Below the pieces are notes generated by a model that worked only from the letters and a program-made list of their open reading frames with translations, did no database searches and was not told the origin of the DNA. Shown in pieces: positions 62,201-64,000 of a stretch of 64,000 nt of DNA; the stretch's first letter is position 1, and every line of letters starts with the position of its first letter. The stretch covers positions 17,298,001-17,362,000 of the forward strand of contig NC_043004.1 of assembly GCF_006345805.1 (NCBI RefSeq). Direction: 5' to 3'. Source of the stretch: Octopus sinensis. Taxonomy: Eukaryota. Both the position numbers and the translations under genes were made by a program.

Positions 62201-63100
62201 GAAGCGTAAATAATTTCATTTAACTCAGTAAAATCAGGTTTTAATTCTCGTATTATTTCATTTGTTACATAGTTGCCAATTTGGATTTGTTTTTTATTTT
62301 GGTTTGTATTTGAGAGTTTATGAAGCAGTTCTCTATCATTCATACTTGTATGTCTTACAACTTCAAGCGTATTCAGGATTTTCATCCTCATTTCTGCCAT
62401 AGACTCTCTGTGTTCTTCAGCAAATGCGAGATCTTCAGTTACTGTGGTTTTTTCGTTTTCCTGGCTATCTTTAACAGGTACAATAGAATTTCTTGTATCT
62501 TCAGGCCTTTGCGTACTTTGGTCAGATGGCAGTCTTTCAATTAAGCCTCGTGGCGGGCTATACTGTTCATCTGATTCTTCATTTCCTTTGTGTCTTATAT
62601 TTATGTCATTTTCCGTTGCGTGCTTGATCGCACTTATTTCACTGTCTGTGAGTCTGTTATTTCTAAAGATATCCCTCCTCACATTTGCTAATTTGTTCTC
62701 GTCCAAATAGGGCCTACTGTCTTGATTCCGTGTTCTCCATATACTGTAAGAGTTTGCGGTGTGTCTCTCTTGAGATGGTCTACCTAATGCATAGTAATAA
62801 GCATATATTACTTCTTTATACTCTTCTCGGGTCCATTTGTTCCGTTTACATTTTTCTTTCTGTGGTGGTTGTGGTGGTGAACTTGGAGGGCTCGAGTTGG
62901 GGGATTTCCCGTTCAAGTGACCATCCATGTCCGTATTCGGAGAAGAGTTTGTGCCAGTTGATGACTTTTCGATCCCAGGCTGGCTCTTCCCTGGGGGACG
63001 CGCTTCCAGATTAACCATAGGACAAGCGATTTGGTATACTGATTTAGTTTTCCTTTTAGTTTCCAAAAACATTTTGGTGCTACGATAATGTTATCATTTT
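59216..63100 (-). mobile_element. Near full-length R4/Dong-type non-LTR retrotransposon, 3' end in (AAT)n
   Basis: One long interrupted ORF with RT, CCHC knuckle and REL endonuclease; 3' UTR runs into (AAT)n at about 59215. The 5' boundary is uncertain (63100-63560). Confidence 0.95.
59371..63072 (-). pseudogene. R4/Dong polyprotein (N-terminal domain, RT, zinc knuckle, REL) with a few frameshifts and stops
   Basis: KSPGKD, NYRPITCL, WIDYKKAFDSIPH, GIFQGDSLSPL, LFYMDDLKLY; CRFC..ETVDHLISGC..RHD; NKPDIV..LIDMSIP. Confidence 0.95.
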
Positions 63101-63489
63101 TTAGCTTTGATTGGCTCGTGGGGAGACGGCCATCATTGCCGTTACAATTATAATCGTACCATTATAGCAGCCGTAGTCGGCTTATTATTGTTATTATCTT
63201 CACCATTACCATCACTATCATCATTATCACCACCATTACCATCATCATTATCATCATCACCATCACCATCACCACCATCATCATCAATGATATTGTTTTA
63301 TGTGTAGTCACAGCAGTATCTTATTATTGTTATTTTATTTTTGTTTTTTTTATCATTATCACCATCACAGTAGTGTCTGTCTGTCTCGTTGGCTGGCTTG
63401 GTGGTTGGCTGGCTGACTGTCTTCAATGCCAGAGTTCTTGCCTGTCAAATAATACTTTCATATTTGGTTAACAATAGAGCCGAGGTGAG

Positions 63490-63528
<39 letters not shown>

Positions 63529-63590
63529 GATAGATAGAATATCAGCACTATTACTATCTTTTTTATTTTTTTATTTTTATTATTATTTTA

Positions 63591-63633
<43 letters not shown>

Positions 63634-63647
63634 GTTGTTGTTGTTCA

Positions 63648-63720
63648 GGTCACTGCTTGGAATCGAACTCGGAATCTTGGGGTTAGTAGCCTGCGCTCTT
63701 AACCATTACGCCATATGCCC
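63648..63720 (-). mobile_element. tRNA-Arg(ACG)-like Pol III head followed by (AAC)(AAT)n
   Basis: gggcatatggcgtaatggttaagagcgcaggctactaaccccaagattccgagttcgattccaagcagtgacc; same family as 44228-44296. Confidence 0.8.
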
Positions 63721-63726
63721 GTGGGC

Positions 63727-63781
<55 letters not shown>

Positions 63782-64000
63782 GTGACATGGATGGTCACTT
63801 GAACGGGAAATCCCCCAACTCGAGCCCTCCAAGTTCACCACCACAACCACCACAGAAAGAAAAATGTAAGCGGAACAAATGGACCCGAGAAGAGTATAAA
63901 GAAGTAATATACGCTTATTACTATGCATTAGGTAGGCCATCTCAAGAGAGACACACCGCAAACTCTTACAGTATATGGAGAACACGGAATCAAGACAGTA
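63782..64000 (+). mobile_element. Second, 5'-truncated copy of the same Dong element, inserted after (TAA)n and running off the window
   Basis: Reverse complement of about 62714-62930 with 3 mismatches; preceded by (TAA)n at 63727-63781. Confidence 0.95.

Noticed and set aside
44228-63720. tRNA-like heads and SINE heads as functional tRNA genes
   Set aside because: Acceptor and anticodon stems are disrupted and the heads run into repeat bodies.

Overview
Eukaryotic, AT-rich, repeat-saturated DNA, most likely intronic or intergenic sequence from an octopus. The organism is inferred from the microsatellite load and the resemblance of the tRNA-derived SINEs to described Octopus SINEs; it is not verified. 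I found no complete host gene. There are a few candidate exons with good splice sites, the best being 48864-48970 (+). Most ORFs in the track are microsatellite or antisense artefacts. Recognisable mobile elements: two decayed mariner (DD34D) transposases; several R4/Dong-type non-LTR retrotransposons (RT plus restriction-like endonuclease), including a near full-length copy at 59216-63100 and copies sitting in (TAA)n tracts; a second REL-LINE family flanked by (CATA)n; an RTE-type LINE with a 5' inversion; two Penelope-like (GIY-YIG) elements; dozens of SINEs; and many foldback or tandem duplications. The main hidden signal is 11 minimal type I hammerhead ribozyme motifs from about 6 families. 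They include one with a fully canonical core (57429-57472), one with a compensatory U3-A8 core (30817-30854), and a family that appears to belong to a tRNA-headed non-autonomous element whose internal (AAT)n tract is occupied by Dong retrotransposons at both loci in the window. All coordinates were read by eye; boundaries of decayed elements are approximate.
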